A DNA stretch of 62,188 nt from an uncultured Bacilli bacterium. GTDB lineage: Bacteria; Bacillota_I; Bacilli_A; RF39; UBA660. Position 1 is the first letter of the stretch. Every line of letters starts with the position of its first letter. Location of the stretch: the NCBI GenBank assembly GCA_947629235.1, contig CANRCX010000006.1, forward strand, positions 1 to 62,188, written 5' to 3'. The notes under the pieces were generated by a model. That model was not told the origin of the DNA. It made no database searches and saw only the letters and a program-made list of their open reading frames with translations. Below, in pieces: positions 38,314 through 47,536 of the stretch. Made by a program: the position numbers and the translations under genes.

Positions 38314-39381
38314 TTATTCAAGTGTAAATTCAGCAGTAATTAAATGATCTTTTGCTTCTCCACTTTCACTAGTACTTGTAACTATTCTATATGTTCCACT
38401 ATCTAATTTTCCATATAAATACTCCCAATTTATATCAAATTCTAATGGATGACTTTCATTTACTTTATAACCAATCAAATTACAAACTACTTCATGTTCA
38501 ATTTCTAGTTTTACCCATTTATTATTTTCTTTCTTTTCAATATAATAGCACTTACCATAAATATTATCTCTATTACTATAATCAGTAATTATAATGGTAG
38601 CACTAGTATTTGTAAGTGTACCTTCTTTAATTACCATTTTAACACCATCTAAATCATTTTTTTTAGATGCGCATATACCATCTACTAATTTTCTTTCTCC
38701 AGATATATAAATATTATTATCTCCATCTATTACATTACATACCATTACATAAAAGTCAGTATCCCCATATTTCTTTTTATGCTTGTCATATTTATATAAT
38801 GTAGAACCACCATCTCTATAAACTTCTTCTACTTCTAAATTCTTTACTAATTCTTCAATAGTTAGTCCATTATAAGCTATTTCATCAAATAAATATTTTA
38901 CTTCACCTTTTTCTTTATAAAAAATATTTATAGAATAATTAACAATTCTTCCATCATCAAGAGTAGAACCCCAACTAAAAGTTTCTTTACTTTTACATAT
39001 TTTTATTTCATCTTCTTCATCTTTATAAGCAACTATAAATATTCCCGTAAAAGTTAATACTAATACTATTAAAAAACTAAAAATATATAATGCTTTCTTT
39101 TTAATATTTTTTATTTTTTTATTTGAATAATTAATTGTATATTTTAGTGATTCATCACTTTCTTTTGTATTTAATTTTTTACCAAGTAAAAGTTCATTTA
39201 CACTAATATCTAATTCTTCACTTAATGGTATTAATAATGATATATCTGGCATATAATTACCATTTTCCCATCTAGATACAGTTTTACCAGTAACCCCTAA
39301 TCTCCTTCCTAATTCTTCTTGAGTTAAATTTTTATTTTTACGAGATGATGCTATAAATTTTCCTACCTTATCTAAATCCAT
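38314..39381 (-). CDS. XRE HTH regulator with TM helix and extracellular Ig-like domain
   Basis: LTQEELG..LGVT.KTVSRWENG..PD; TM; C-terminal INWEYLYGKLDSGTYRI. Confidence 0.8.
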   Translation of the reverse strand: MDLDKVGKFIASSRKNKNLTQEELGRRLGVTGKTVSRWENGNYMPDISLLIPLSEELDISVNELLLGKKLNTKESDESLKYTINYSNKKIKNIKKKALYIFSFLIVLVLTFTGIFIVAYKDEEDEIKICKSKETFSWGSTLDDGRIVNYSINIFYKEKGEVKYLFDEIAYNGLTIEELVKNLEVEEVYRDGGSTLYKYDKHKKKYGDTDFYVMVCNVIDGDNNIYISGERKLVDGICASKKNDLDGVKMVIKEGTLTNTSATIIITDYSNRDNIYGKCYYIEKKENNKWVKLEIEHEVVCNLIGYKVNESHPLEFDINWEYLYGKLDSGTYRIVTSTSESGEAKDHLITAEFTLE

Positions 39382-39486
39382 AATTATCTCCTTTCTGTTT
39401 ATATGATAGCACATAATCTTAAAAAATTATTACCCATAAACCACGAAAAAAGAATAAAATAAAAAAACTTATGAGTTTTTCATAAG

Positions 39487-40740
39487 TTATTTATCTTCTC
39501 CAGTTACAACTTTCATTGCTTTTTTCATAAGTAAATCATATTTGAATAATTCTTTTGATCCAATTTCTTTTTCGAATTCTTCTCTTGACATTCCATATTC
39601 TTTACTAGTTTCATTTAATCCATTTTCAAGTTCTTCATCACTAACTTCTAATTTTTCTTTTTGTACAATAGCATCCATCATTAATCTATAACCAATTCTT
39701 CTATTTGCTTCTGGTTTTAATGTATTTTTGAATGCATCCATATTAGAATTAGTATACTTTAAATAATCTTCAATATTTAATCCTTGATATTGTAATTTTT
39801 CACTGAATTCTCTTGTTAATCTATTAACTTCATCTTCAGTCATTTCTTCTGGAATTTCAAATTTAGAGTTTTCAACTACTTTATCTAAACATTTAAATAA
39901 GTAATCATCTTCAGTTTGTTTTTCTTTTTCATGAGTTAAATTTTCTTTAATGTATTTCTTTAAATCATCTAAACTTTCTACTCCACCAACATTTAAGTCT
40001 TCAAAAAATTCTTTATTAAATTCTGGGAATACTTTTTCTTTTACTTCTTTTACTTCTACTTTAAATACAACTCTTTGACCTCTAAGTTCATCTGAATGAT
40101 AATTTTCTGGGAATGTAACTTTTACATCCTTTTTATCACCTTTTTTAAGACCAACTAATGCTTCTTCAAATCCTGGAATAAATGTATGAGATCCTATTTC
40201 TAAACTATAATCTTTTCCAGCTCCACCTTTAAATGCTTTATCATCTAAGAAACCTTCAAAATCAATTACAGCAATCATACCTTCTTTAATTTTAACTTTG
40301 TCATCTAAAGTTTTCATTTCAGCAAATTGTTCTTTTAAATGTCCAAGTTCATGTTCAATTTCTTCATCACTAACTTCAACTTTTTCTTTTTTAATTCCTA
40401 AATTTTTATATTTACCAAGTTCAACATCTGGAGTTGAAACTAATGTAAATTCTATTTCTACTTTGTCTTTTGAAATATCTTTAATATCAATTTGTGGTGT
40501 AGCAGCTGGTGTAATAGTTTCTTTATCACTTAATAGTTTTGCATATAGAATATCTACAGCCATGTCAATAGCATCCATGAATAATGCTTCTACTCCTACT
40601 TTTTTAACATAGACATCATATGGCACTTGACCTTTTCTAAATCCATCCATTTTGATTTCTTTTTTCTTTTTGCCATAAGCATCATGTAAACAATCTTTCC
40701 ATTCTTTTCCTTCTAATTTTAATGTATAACTTTTTTTCAT
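39487..40740 (-). CDS. tig: trigger factor
   Basis: GFRKGQVP, IDFEG, FIPGFEE, FPENYH. Confidence 0.98.
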   Translation of the reverse strand: MKKSYTLKLEGKEWKDCLHDAYGKKKKEIKMDGFRKGQVPYDVYVKKVGVEALFMDAIDMAVDILYAKLLSDKETITPAATPQIDIKDISKDKVEIEFTLVSTPDVELGKYKNLGIKKEKVEVSDEEIEHELGHLKEQFAEMKTLDDKVKIKEGMIAVIDFEGFLDDKAFKGGAGKDYSLEIGSHTFIPGFEEALVGLKKGDKKDVKVTFPENYHSDELRGQRVVFKVEVKEVKEKVFPEFNKEFFEDLNVGGVESLDDLKKYIKENLTHEKEKQTEDDYLFKCLDKVVENSKFEIPEEMTEDEVNRLTREFSEKLQYQGLNIEDYLKYTNSNMDAFKNTLKPEANRRIGYRLMMDAIVQKEKLEVSDEELENGLNETSKEYGMSREEFEKEIGSKELFKYDLLMKKAMKVVTGEDK

Positions 40741-40788
40741 ATTTCCTCCCTTGTTATAAATTAAATGTTATCAAAAAAGGATATTTTA

Positions 40789-41259
40789 TTATCCTATTGC
40801 TACTATTTTAACTGAATAAACACCATCTGGTGATGCTACTTCTACTGTATCTCCAACTTTTTTACCCATTATTGCTGCTGCAATTGGACTTTCATTAGAG
40901 ATTTTATTGTTAAATGGATCAGCTTCTTGACTACCAACTATTTTATAACTTTCAGTATCATCATCATCTTCATACTTAAGTTCTACTTGGCATCCAATTC
41001 CAACTTTACCATCATTATCACTTTTATCTATTACAGTTGCATGTTCAAGTGCATACTCTACTTCTAAAATTCTTTTTTCTAAGTTAGCTTGATCTTCTCT
41101 TGCTTGCTCGTATTCACTATTTTCAGACAAGTCTCCAAGAGCTCTAGCTTCTTTTAGGGTTTGTGTAACTTCTTCCCTTTTAGTTGTTTTTAAATAATGA
41201 AGTTCATTTTCAAGTTCTAAATACCCTTCACTTGTTAAAAATATTTCTTTCTTTTTCAT
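40789..41259 (-). CDS. greA: transcription elongation factor GreA
   Basis: GDLSENSEY, ISNESPI. Confidence 0.98.
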   Translation of the reverse strand: MKKKEIFLTSEGYLELENELHYLKTTKREEVTQTLKEARALGDLSENSEYEQAREDQANLEKRILEVEYALEHATVIDKSDNDGKVGIGCQVELKYEDDDDTESYKIVGSQEADPFNNKISNESPIAAAIMGKKVGDTVEVASPDGVYSVKIVAIG

Positions 41260-41318
41260 GTGCTTTAAGCCACCTCTTTCTCATTACCAAAAAATGATAC
41301 TACTAAATCACTATTTTG

Positions 41319-42494
41319 TCAAGATATTTGTACTCTTAGGATATCATTTTCACATACCTTAAATGGTATTTTCACTTTAACAATTTCCTGTGCATGACAA
41401 GCTGAATCCACGTTCTCATTATCACTATTTATAATATATTCAATTTTAAATTTTTGTACCACTGTATTAGGTCCAAAAACTTCAACAATGTCTCCTACAC
41501 TAAATTTATTTCTCTGTTCAACTACTGCTTCATGAGTTTCTTCATTATAAGATAAAACTAGTCCTAAAAAGTCTTTATTACTTACTTCTTCTCTTCCTGT
41601 GAAATATTGACCATCAACACCTGGATTTCCATTATAAAATTGACTTATATTTTCACGATTTGAAACTCTATTTAATACTTTTTTATAATAAGCAATATCA
41701 TCATTAGTAAGTGTATTATTTATTTTTTTATCCATTATAGTTCTATATGCATTTGCTACAGTTGCTATATAATATAAACTTTTCATTCTACCTTCTATTT
41801 TATATGATTCTATTTTTAAATCCATCATATCACTTATATAATCTATCATATTTAAATCTTTAGAAGAAAATGCATAATCATGATTAGTATTATTATCAAA
41901 TGTAAATCTACATACTTGTGAGCATCCACCTCTATTAGAGTCTCTTAGTGTTACATAATTTGACATAACACATCTTCCACTATAGCTAGTGCACATAGCT
42001 CCATGTATAAATACTTCTACTTCAGTATCTATATTTTCTTTTATATTTTTAATATCTTCTCTTGAACATTCACGAGCTAGAACTACTCTATAAGCACCTA
42101 AACTTTTATAAAATTTAACTGCTTCTAAATTAGTAATTGATTTTTGAGTAGATATAAAAAATGGAGTTTTTAATTTTAATCTTTTAATTGCTTCTATTAC
42201 AGCAAAATCACTTACTATAAATGAATCTATATTAATATTATCTAATTCTTTTAAATAACTATCTAAATTTTCTAAATCAACATTATGAAAAATCATATTT
42301 ACTGTAACATATACTTTTTTATTTAATTTGTGAGCAAATTCTACGCCTTCTTTTATTTCATCTAAACTAAAATTATTAGCATTTGCTCTTAGGCTATAAT
42401 TATATCCACCAATATATACAGCATCAGCTCCATAAATACATGCAAATTTAAGTCTATTTAAATCCCCAGCAGGTAATAATAATTCATATTTCAT
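41319..42494 (-). CDS. yrrO: U32 family tRNA hydroxylation protein (YrrO-like)
   Basis: ELLLPAG, HGAMCTSYSGRC, NRGGCSQVCR, KIEGRMK. Confidence 0.9.
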   Translation of the reverse strand: MKYELLLPAGDLNRLKFACIYGADAVYIGGYNYSLRANANNFSLDEIKEGVEFAHKLNKKVYVTVNMIFHNVDLENLDSYLKELDNINIDSFIVSDFAVIEAIKRLKLKTPFFISTQKSITNLEAVKFYKSLGAYRVVLARECSREDIKNIKENIDTEVEVFIHGAMCTSYSGRCVMSNYVTLRDSNRGGCSQVCRFTFDNNTNHDYAFSSKDLNMIDYISDMMDLKIESYKIEGRMKSLYYIATVANAYRTIMDKKINNTLTNDDIAYYKKVLNRVSNRENISQFYNGNPGVDGQYFTGREEVSNKDFLGLVLSYNEETHEAVVEQRNKFSVGDIVEVFGPNTVVQKFKIEYIINSDNENVDSACHAQEIVKVKIPFKVCENDILRVQIS

Positions 42495-43300
42495 TATAAA
42501 TCACCTACCTTATATTTAATATCATGTTCTAAGAAATAATAATCACTATCTATTAAATTACATAAATTCTCATTATTTAAACTATCTAATATTATTTTTT
42601 TAGATATATCATTTATATCAGTAAAATCAATTATTAAATTTAAATTAGATAATTCATTTAAATATTTAGATGCACAAAATATTCTATTATATCTTACTAT
42701 ACTTCCATCATTTTCTTCTTTTACTTCAAGTGTTTTTTTACTAACTATTTCTTTAATATTATATTTATTATTATCACTATCTATATTAAAATATTTATTA
42801 AAGTTAGATACTAAATGTCTTCTTGAATACATAAGTATATTTTTAGAAGTATAAAAATAATATAAATTACTCTTAGTATTATTTTTAATATCTTTTATTT
42901 CATCAATCATTAAATCATTATTAATAACTACATTTTTAATATCTAAATCATATAAAAAATTAACAGCTTTATAATTAGATAAAATATGATTTTCATATAG
43001 CACTAATCTATCTTTATCTATTATATTTAAAAGACCTATATCTTCTATAATAAACTTAATATTTTTATTAAATTTATTATATATTTTTTTAAATTCATAA
43101 ATATTTAAATGTAAAAATTTATTCATAATTACATATATTTCATAATTAGAAGATAAATTATTTATTTCATCTATATCAAAATATACATCATATCCAATTG
43201 AATAATCTTTTAAAGGCAAAATAAAAGTATTTAAATTAAAACTTTCGTATAATTTAAAATCTTTATCATTTGGAATAATTAAATATTTTTTCTCTTGCAT
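42494..43300 (-). CDS. yrrN: degenerate U32 family partner (YrrN-like)
   Basis: position between yrrM and yrrO; MYSRRHLVSN motif. Confidence 0.7.
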   Translation of the reverse strand: MQEKKYLIIPNDKDFKLYESFNLNTFILPLKDYSIGYDVYFDIDEINNLSSNYEIYVIMNKFLHLNIYEFKKIYNKFNKNIKFIIEDIGLLNIIDKDRLVLYENHILSNYKAVNFLYDLDIKNVVINNDLMIDEIKDIKNNTKSNLYYFYTSKNILMYSRRHLVSNFNKYFNIDSDNNKYNIKEIVSKKTLEVKEENDGSIVRYNRIFCASKYLNELSNLNLIIDFTDINDISKKIILDSLNNENLCNLIDSDYYFLEHDIKYKVGDL

Positions 43301-43872
43301 ACTCCTAATGTATCTCCTACTTCTATATATGTTACATCAAATTCTTGATTATTATTTAAAAAATCAATAAATTTTTCTATTTTTCTTACCATTTGTCTTA
43401 AATTTCTACTTTTAATTTCACTACTTTTACCAACATATCCATGAAAAGATAAATTATCTATTATGATAATACCATTTGAATTTAAGTTTTCTTTAAATTT
43501 ATTAAAGAACTTTAGATTTTGTGATTTAGCTGCATCAATAATAACTAAATCAAATTTATCTTTTATATTAATGTTTTCAGCATCATCATGAATTAATTTA
43601 ATATTTGAAAGATTTGATAATTTTACATTATTTATAGCTATTAAATATCTATTATTATCTCTTTCAATACTAGTTATATTTTTAACTTTATTATTATTTG
43701 CAAAGCATATTGTTGAGTAAGCTATTGCTGTACCTATTTCTAATATGCTTTCTATGTTATTTTCATTTATTATGTTTATTATTGTATTAATTGTATCTTC
43801 ACTCATAATTGGAACATTATTTTCATTTCCATAAGTTTTTATATCGTTAATTAACTCTCGTATTCTATCCAT
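43279..43872 (-). CDS. trmR: O-methyltransferase (TrmR/YrrM-like)
   Basis: ILEIGTAIAYS, IIDAAKSQ, DNLSFHG. Confidence 0.85.
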   Translation of the reverse strand: MDRIRELINDIKTYGNENNVPIMSEDTINTIINIINENNIESILEIGTAIAYSTICFANNNKVKNITSIERDNNRYLIAINNVKLSNLSNIKLIHDDAENINIKDKFDLVIIDAAKSQNLKFFNKFKENLNSNGIIIIDNLSFHGYVGKSSEIKSRNLRQMVRKIEKFIDFLNNNQEFDVTYIEVGDTLGVCKRKNI

Positions 43873-44951
43873 AATCCTTCTCTTTTTAGTTTATTTACTG
43901 TACTTGTATGCTCACTATCTGTTTTATTAAAATATGTTTTACCATTTTTATCTGCTACAAAATAATAATAGTTATGTTTTGTTGGTTCAATTGCTGCAAT
44001 GATTGAATTAATACTTGGATTACATATTGGTCCTATTGGAAGTTTTCCTGCCATACATGAACTTCTTGTATTATAATCATTACAATCATTTAATTCACTT
44101 TTCTTTAAATCTCTTAAATAATTATCTATTTTTTCTGCATAATATGTAGTTACATCACTACCAAGTGACCAGTTATTTTTAAGTCTATTATAAAATACTC
44201 CAGCTACTCCTTTTCTATCATCTGCATTACCTGCTTCTAATTCAATAATAGATGCAAGAGTTAGCATTTCATGAATACTATAATCACTATTTTTTACTTC
44301 ATCTTTATAATCTGCTAGTTTATTTTCCATATTATCTAGCATTTTTCTAAATATATCATCTATATCAGCAGTAGAATAAAAATCATATGTATCTGGGAAT
44401 AAATATCCTTCTAAACTATAATAGATTCCTTTCTTTTTAATATCATCTGTTAAGAACCAATAATCATTTATTAATTCATCTAAATAGCTTTCATCTTTTA
44501 ATTTATTTAATATTTCTTCTTCAGTAATATCAAAATTATCAGTTATTGTTTTGATAATATATCTCATATTTTTACCTTCTACAAAAGTTACTCTTTTAGT
44601 TGAAGCTACAGTTATACTACCTTTTTCTAATTGTTTTATTAACTCTTCTACACTATAATTTTTCTTAAGTATATAATCTCCATGTTCTAAATTACCAACT
44701 TCATGTAATTTTAAATATACTTTATATGCAATCTCATTTCTAATAAGTCCTTTTTCTTTTAACATACTTGATATTGTACTATATGTTTGTCCTTCACTTA
44801 TACTTATAGTTACTTCTTCACTACTTTTAGAAGGAGAAGTTAGCATATAAAAATATGTACCAATAACACTTCCTACTATTAATAGTATTACTAATATCAC
44901 TACTACAATAAATATTATAAGTTTTTTAGCATTAAACACCTTTTTTTTCAT
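43851..44951 (-). CDS. mltG: endolytic transglycosylase MltG
   Basis: LEGYLFPDTY, LASIIELE, VFYNRL, PIGPICNP, YYFV. Confidence 0.95.
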   Translation of the reverse strand: MKKKVFNAKKLIIFIVVVILVILLIVGSVIGTYFYMLTSPSKSSEEVTISISEGQTYSTISSMLKEKGLIRNEIAYKVYLKLHEVGNLEHGDYILKKNYSVEELIKQLEKGSITVASTKRVTFVEGKNMRYIIKTITDNFDITEEEILNKLKDESYLDELINDYWFLTDDIKKKGIYYSLEGYLFPDTYDFYSTADIDDIFRKMLDNMENKLADYKDEVKNSDYSIHEMLTLASIIELEAGNADDRKGVAGVFYNRLKNNWSLGSDVTTYYAEKIDNYLRDLKKSELNDCNDYNTRSSCMAGKLPIGPICNPSINSIIAAIEPTKHNYYYFVADKNGKTYFNKTDSEHTSTVNKLKREGLWIEYES

Positions 44952-44966
44952 TTTTACCTCCGTGTA

Positions 44967-45227
44967 CTATTTAGTTTCTAATGAATCTAATATTTTTTCT
45001 ATAAAATCTAATTCATCTTTATTTTCAACTTGTTTTAATTTAGTCATATTACCTTTATCACTTAAAACATAACTACTAGCATATGCTTTAATATCACCAT
45101 CTTTAGTTTTTTTATCATCTGTATATATAACATAATTTATATTATTATCACACTCTATATTTAGAAGAATTCTATATTCTTTTTTATTTCCCTTTTTATC
45201 TTTAAGAGTTAAATAATTATCTTTCAC
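44967..45227 (-). CDS. DUF1292 family protein
   Basis: follows ruvX; YVIYT motif. Confidence 0.7.
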   Translation of the reverse strand: MKDNYLTLKDKKGNKKEYRILLNIECDNNINYVIYTDDKKTKDGDIKAYASSYVLSDKGNMTKLKQVENKDELDFIEKILDSLETK

Positions 45228-45639
45228 GTACCCTCCTATCTAAATATGCTTGTAATATAATAGTTGCTGCTACTTTATCAATAACTTTTTTTCTATTTTT
45301 TCTATTTGTATTATTACTTATTAATAACTTTTCTGCTTCTACAGTAGATAATCTTTCATCTTGAAGAATTACTTCTTTATTTTTATATCTTTCTTCTAAC
45401 TTTTTTTTAAATTCTAAAGTTTCAATACTTCTTGTAGACATACTACCATCTAAATTTAAAGGATTTCCAAGTACAAATGCATCTACTTTTCTATTATAAA
45501 CAACTAAATCTAATTGATTAAATAAGTCTTCATAATTAGTATATCTAATTATATCTAAACTTGTTGCTATAGTAGAAGTTTTATCACTAAGAGATAGTCC
45601 TAGTGTTTTACTACCTAAATCAAGTCCTAAATATACCAT
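45217..45639 (-). CDS. ruvX: RuvX/YqgF family nuclease
   Basis: LGLDLGSKTLG, DERLST, IDKVAATIILQ. Confidence 0.95.
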   Translation of the reverse strand: MVYLGLDLGSKTLGLSLSDKTSTIATSLDIIRYTNYEDLFNQLDLVVYNRKVDAFVLGNPLNLDGSMSTRSIETLEFKKKLEERYKNKEVILQDERLSTVEAEKLLISNNTNRKNRKKVIDKVAATIILQAYLDRRVRER

Positions 45640-45884
45640 TAGTCAACAAAGCTTACTAGCATTACTTCTAGTATATCTTCCCTTTTAAACTTAAGAATTC
45701 TATTTCTACATTCTTTATAATTTGATATATAACCAGGATCTCCACTAATTAAATAAGCTACGATTTGTTTATGTGGATCATATCCTCTTTCTTTTAAATC
45801 TTCACTTATACTAATTAGAGTATCTTTAACATTTTCATCTAATATTGACTTAGTGTCTACTACAGTTGTCTCATCATTTGACAT
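45639..45884 (-). CDS. reoM: IreB/ReoM (UPF0297) regulatory phosphoprotein
   Basis: GYDP..QIVAYLISGDPGYI; start MSNDETT after an AAGGAAG RBS. Confidence 0.9.
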   Translation of the reverse strand: MSNDETTVVDTKSILDENVKDTLISISEDLKERGYDPHKQIVAYLISGDPGYISNYKECRNRILKFKREDILEVMLVSFVD

Positions 45885-45986
45885 ACTTTTCACTTCCTTC
45901 ATAAATATTTTATCAAAAAATTGATAATATAACAATAAGATTAAACTAAAATGACTATTAACTTTTTTGCTAATAGTCACTATTAA

Positions 45987-46796
45987 TTATTTCTCTTTTT
46001 TATATATACTTTCTTCTTTTACATAGCCTTCACATATTCTATATGGAGCTTCTGCATTTCTTATAATTTCTTCTATTCTTACTTCTTTATCACATACAGT
46101 AGTTTTTATATTATCAGCATTACTAGTATCATAAATATCACCTGAAATATATACTATGTCTCCTACTTTATATTTGTAATTATCCAAATGATTAAGTCCT
46201 TTATCACGAATAATTTTAGGATAATCATAAAAAGCAATATCTCCATCTACTCTTCCATCTATTCCACTAATTTCATCATAAGATGTATTTTGCCACATAC
46301 CAGCTTTGATATTGGTATCAAACTTATCTGCCCAATATGCTACCCATTTATCATAAGGATCAAGCTCTCTTGAATCTAAATTGCTTCTAAATCTATTTAA
46401 ACTTGAATAAATACCAACATAATATCCATTCTTTTCCATTTCATCACAATAATATTTAACTATTTCAATTAATTTATCTTTTCTAAGTGCCATTTGTTTT
46501 CTACTTTCTACATCTAAGAAAACTGGATACTCTAATTTTTTATCTTTAATAAGTCTGAGTGTATGATTAACTTCACTTCTAGCATCATCTAATGTAGTAG
46601 CATCACTAAATAAATAAACTCCATATGGTATTTTTAACTCTTCACATAATCTTGCATTTCTTTCAAAATAAACATCATCTTGACTATATAAATTATTACC
46701 AAAACCACATCTAATAATAGCAAAATCTATATAAGGTTTAACTTTTTCCCAATCAATTCTTCCTTGATAAGAAGAAACATCTATACCTTTTTTCAT
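45987..46796 (-). CDS. GH25 muramidase without signal peptide
   Basis: GIDVSSYQG, FAIIRCG, PVFLDVE, WQ.T, VDGD. Confidence 0.9.
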   Translation of the reverse strand: MKKGIDVSSYQGRIDWEKVKPYIDFAIIRCGFGNNLYSQDDVYFERNARLCEELKIPYGVYLFSDATTLDDARSEVNHTLRLIKDKKLEYPVFLDVESRKQMALRKDKLIEIVKYYCDEMEKNGYYVGIYSSLNRFRSNLDSRELDPYDKWVAYWADKFDTNIKAGMWQNTSYDEISGIDGRVDGDIAFYDYPKIIRDKGLNHLDNYKYKVGDIVYISGDIYDTSNADNIKTTVCDKEVRIEEIIRNAEAPYRICEGYVKEESIYKKEK

Positions 46797-46923
46797 TAAA
46801 TCATCTCCAAATATTAATATTTTAGATAAAATATTTATCTATTATAAGATAGTTAAAAATATTAATAATTTGTAGCAAATTTAACCAAGAAAAAAAGACT
46901 TTTTAAAGTCTTTTAATTTCATC

Positions 46924-47373
46924 TTATTTTGTACAAGTAGTCATTGCACCATTGCCTCTAGGTTGAGTCTTATAAGTTTTACCACTAGTACTAGAACCAA
47001 TTTGTTCAATTGTTATTTCTGCTCCATCATTAGCACCGATATTAAGTTCATAAGAATCATCATATGCTTGGATATTAATAACTTTTCCTTCATTATTGAA
47101 TTTTACATAATAATGTAATGTAGTTCTACCAGTTAAGTCAAGATGAGTATCATCACCTTCAGATGAGAAACAAGCTGTTCTTGTTGTATTCATTGTACTT
47201 GTAATATAAGATTGTGTAGCTACTTGATATATTTTTTGTACTTCTTCTACAAATGTATTTTCTCTTGCTTGTCTAAACATTCCAAGTACATTTGGAAGTG
47301 CTATGATTACTAAGATTGCTAATATTGCTATAACTGCTAGTAACTCTACTAATGTAAATCCTTTCTTTTTCAT
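46924..47373 (-). CDS. type IV prepilin
   Basis: MKKKG|FTLVELLAVIAILAILVIIALP class III signal; C-terminal Cys pair. Confidence 0.9.
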   Translation of the reverse strand: MKKKGFTLVELLAVIAILAILVIIALPNVLGMFRQARENTFVEEVQKIYQVATQSYITSTMNTTRTACFSSEGDDTHLDLTGRTTLHYYVKFNNEGKVINIQAYDDSYELNIGANDGAEITIEQIGSSTSGKTYKTQPRGNGAMTTCTK

Positions 47374-47419
47374 TATTCACTTATCCTTTCTTTAATAGGC
47401 TTACCTATCATATATATCA

Positions 47420-47455
47420 ATTATAAAATACTTGAGTTAATATATCAAGTATTTT
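47420..47455 (-). promoter_or_regulatory. pilin sigma-A promoter overlapped by an 11-bp inverted repeat
   Basis: TTGATA-17-TATAAT; AAAATACTTGA-N9-TCAAGTATTTT. Confidence 0.65.
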
Positions 47456-47536
47456 TTTTAATATTTTAATTTTTTTACAATCTGAATATTTTTTACTTAC
47501 ATTCTTTTATGATATAATCAATTTAGAGGTGAATTT

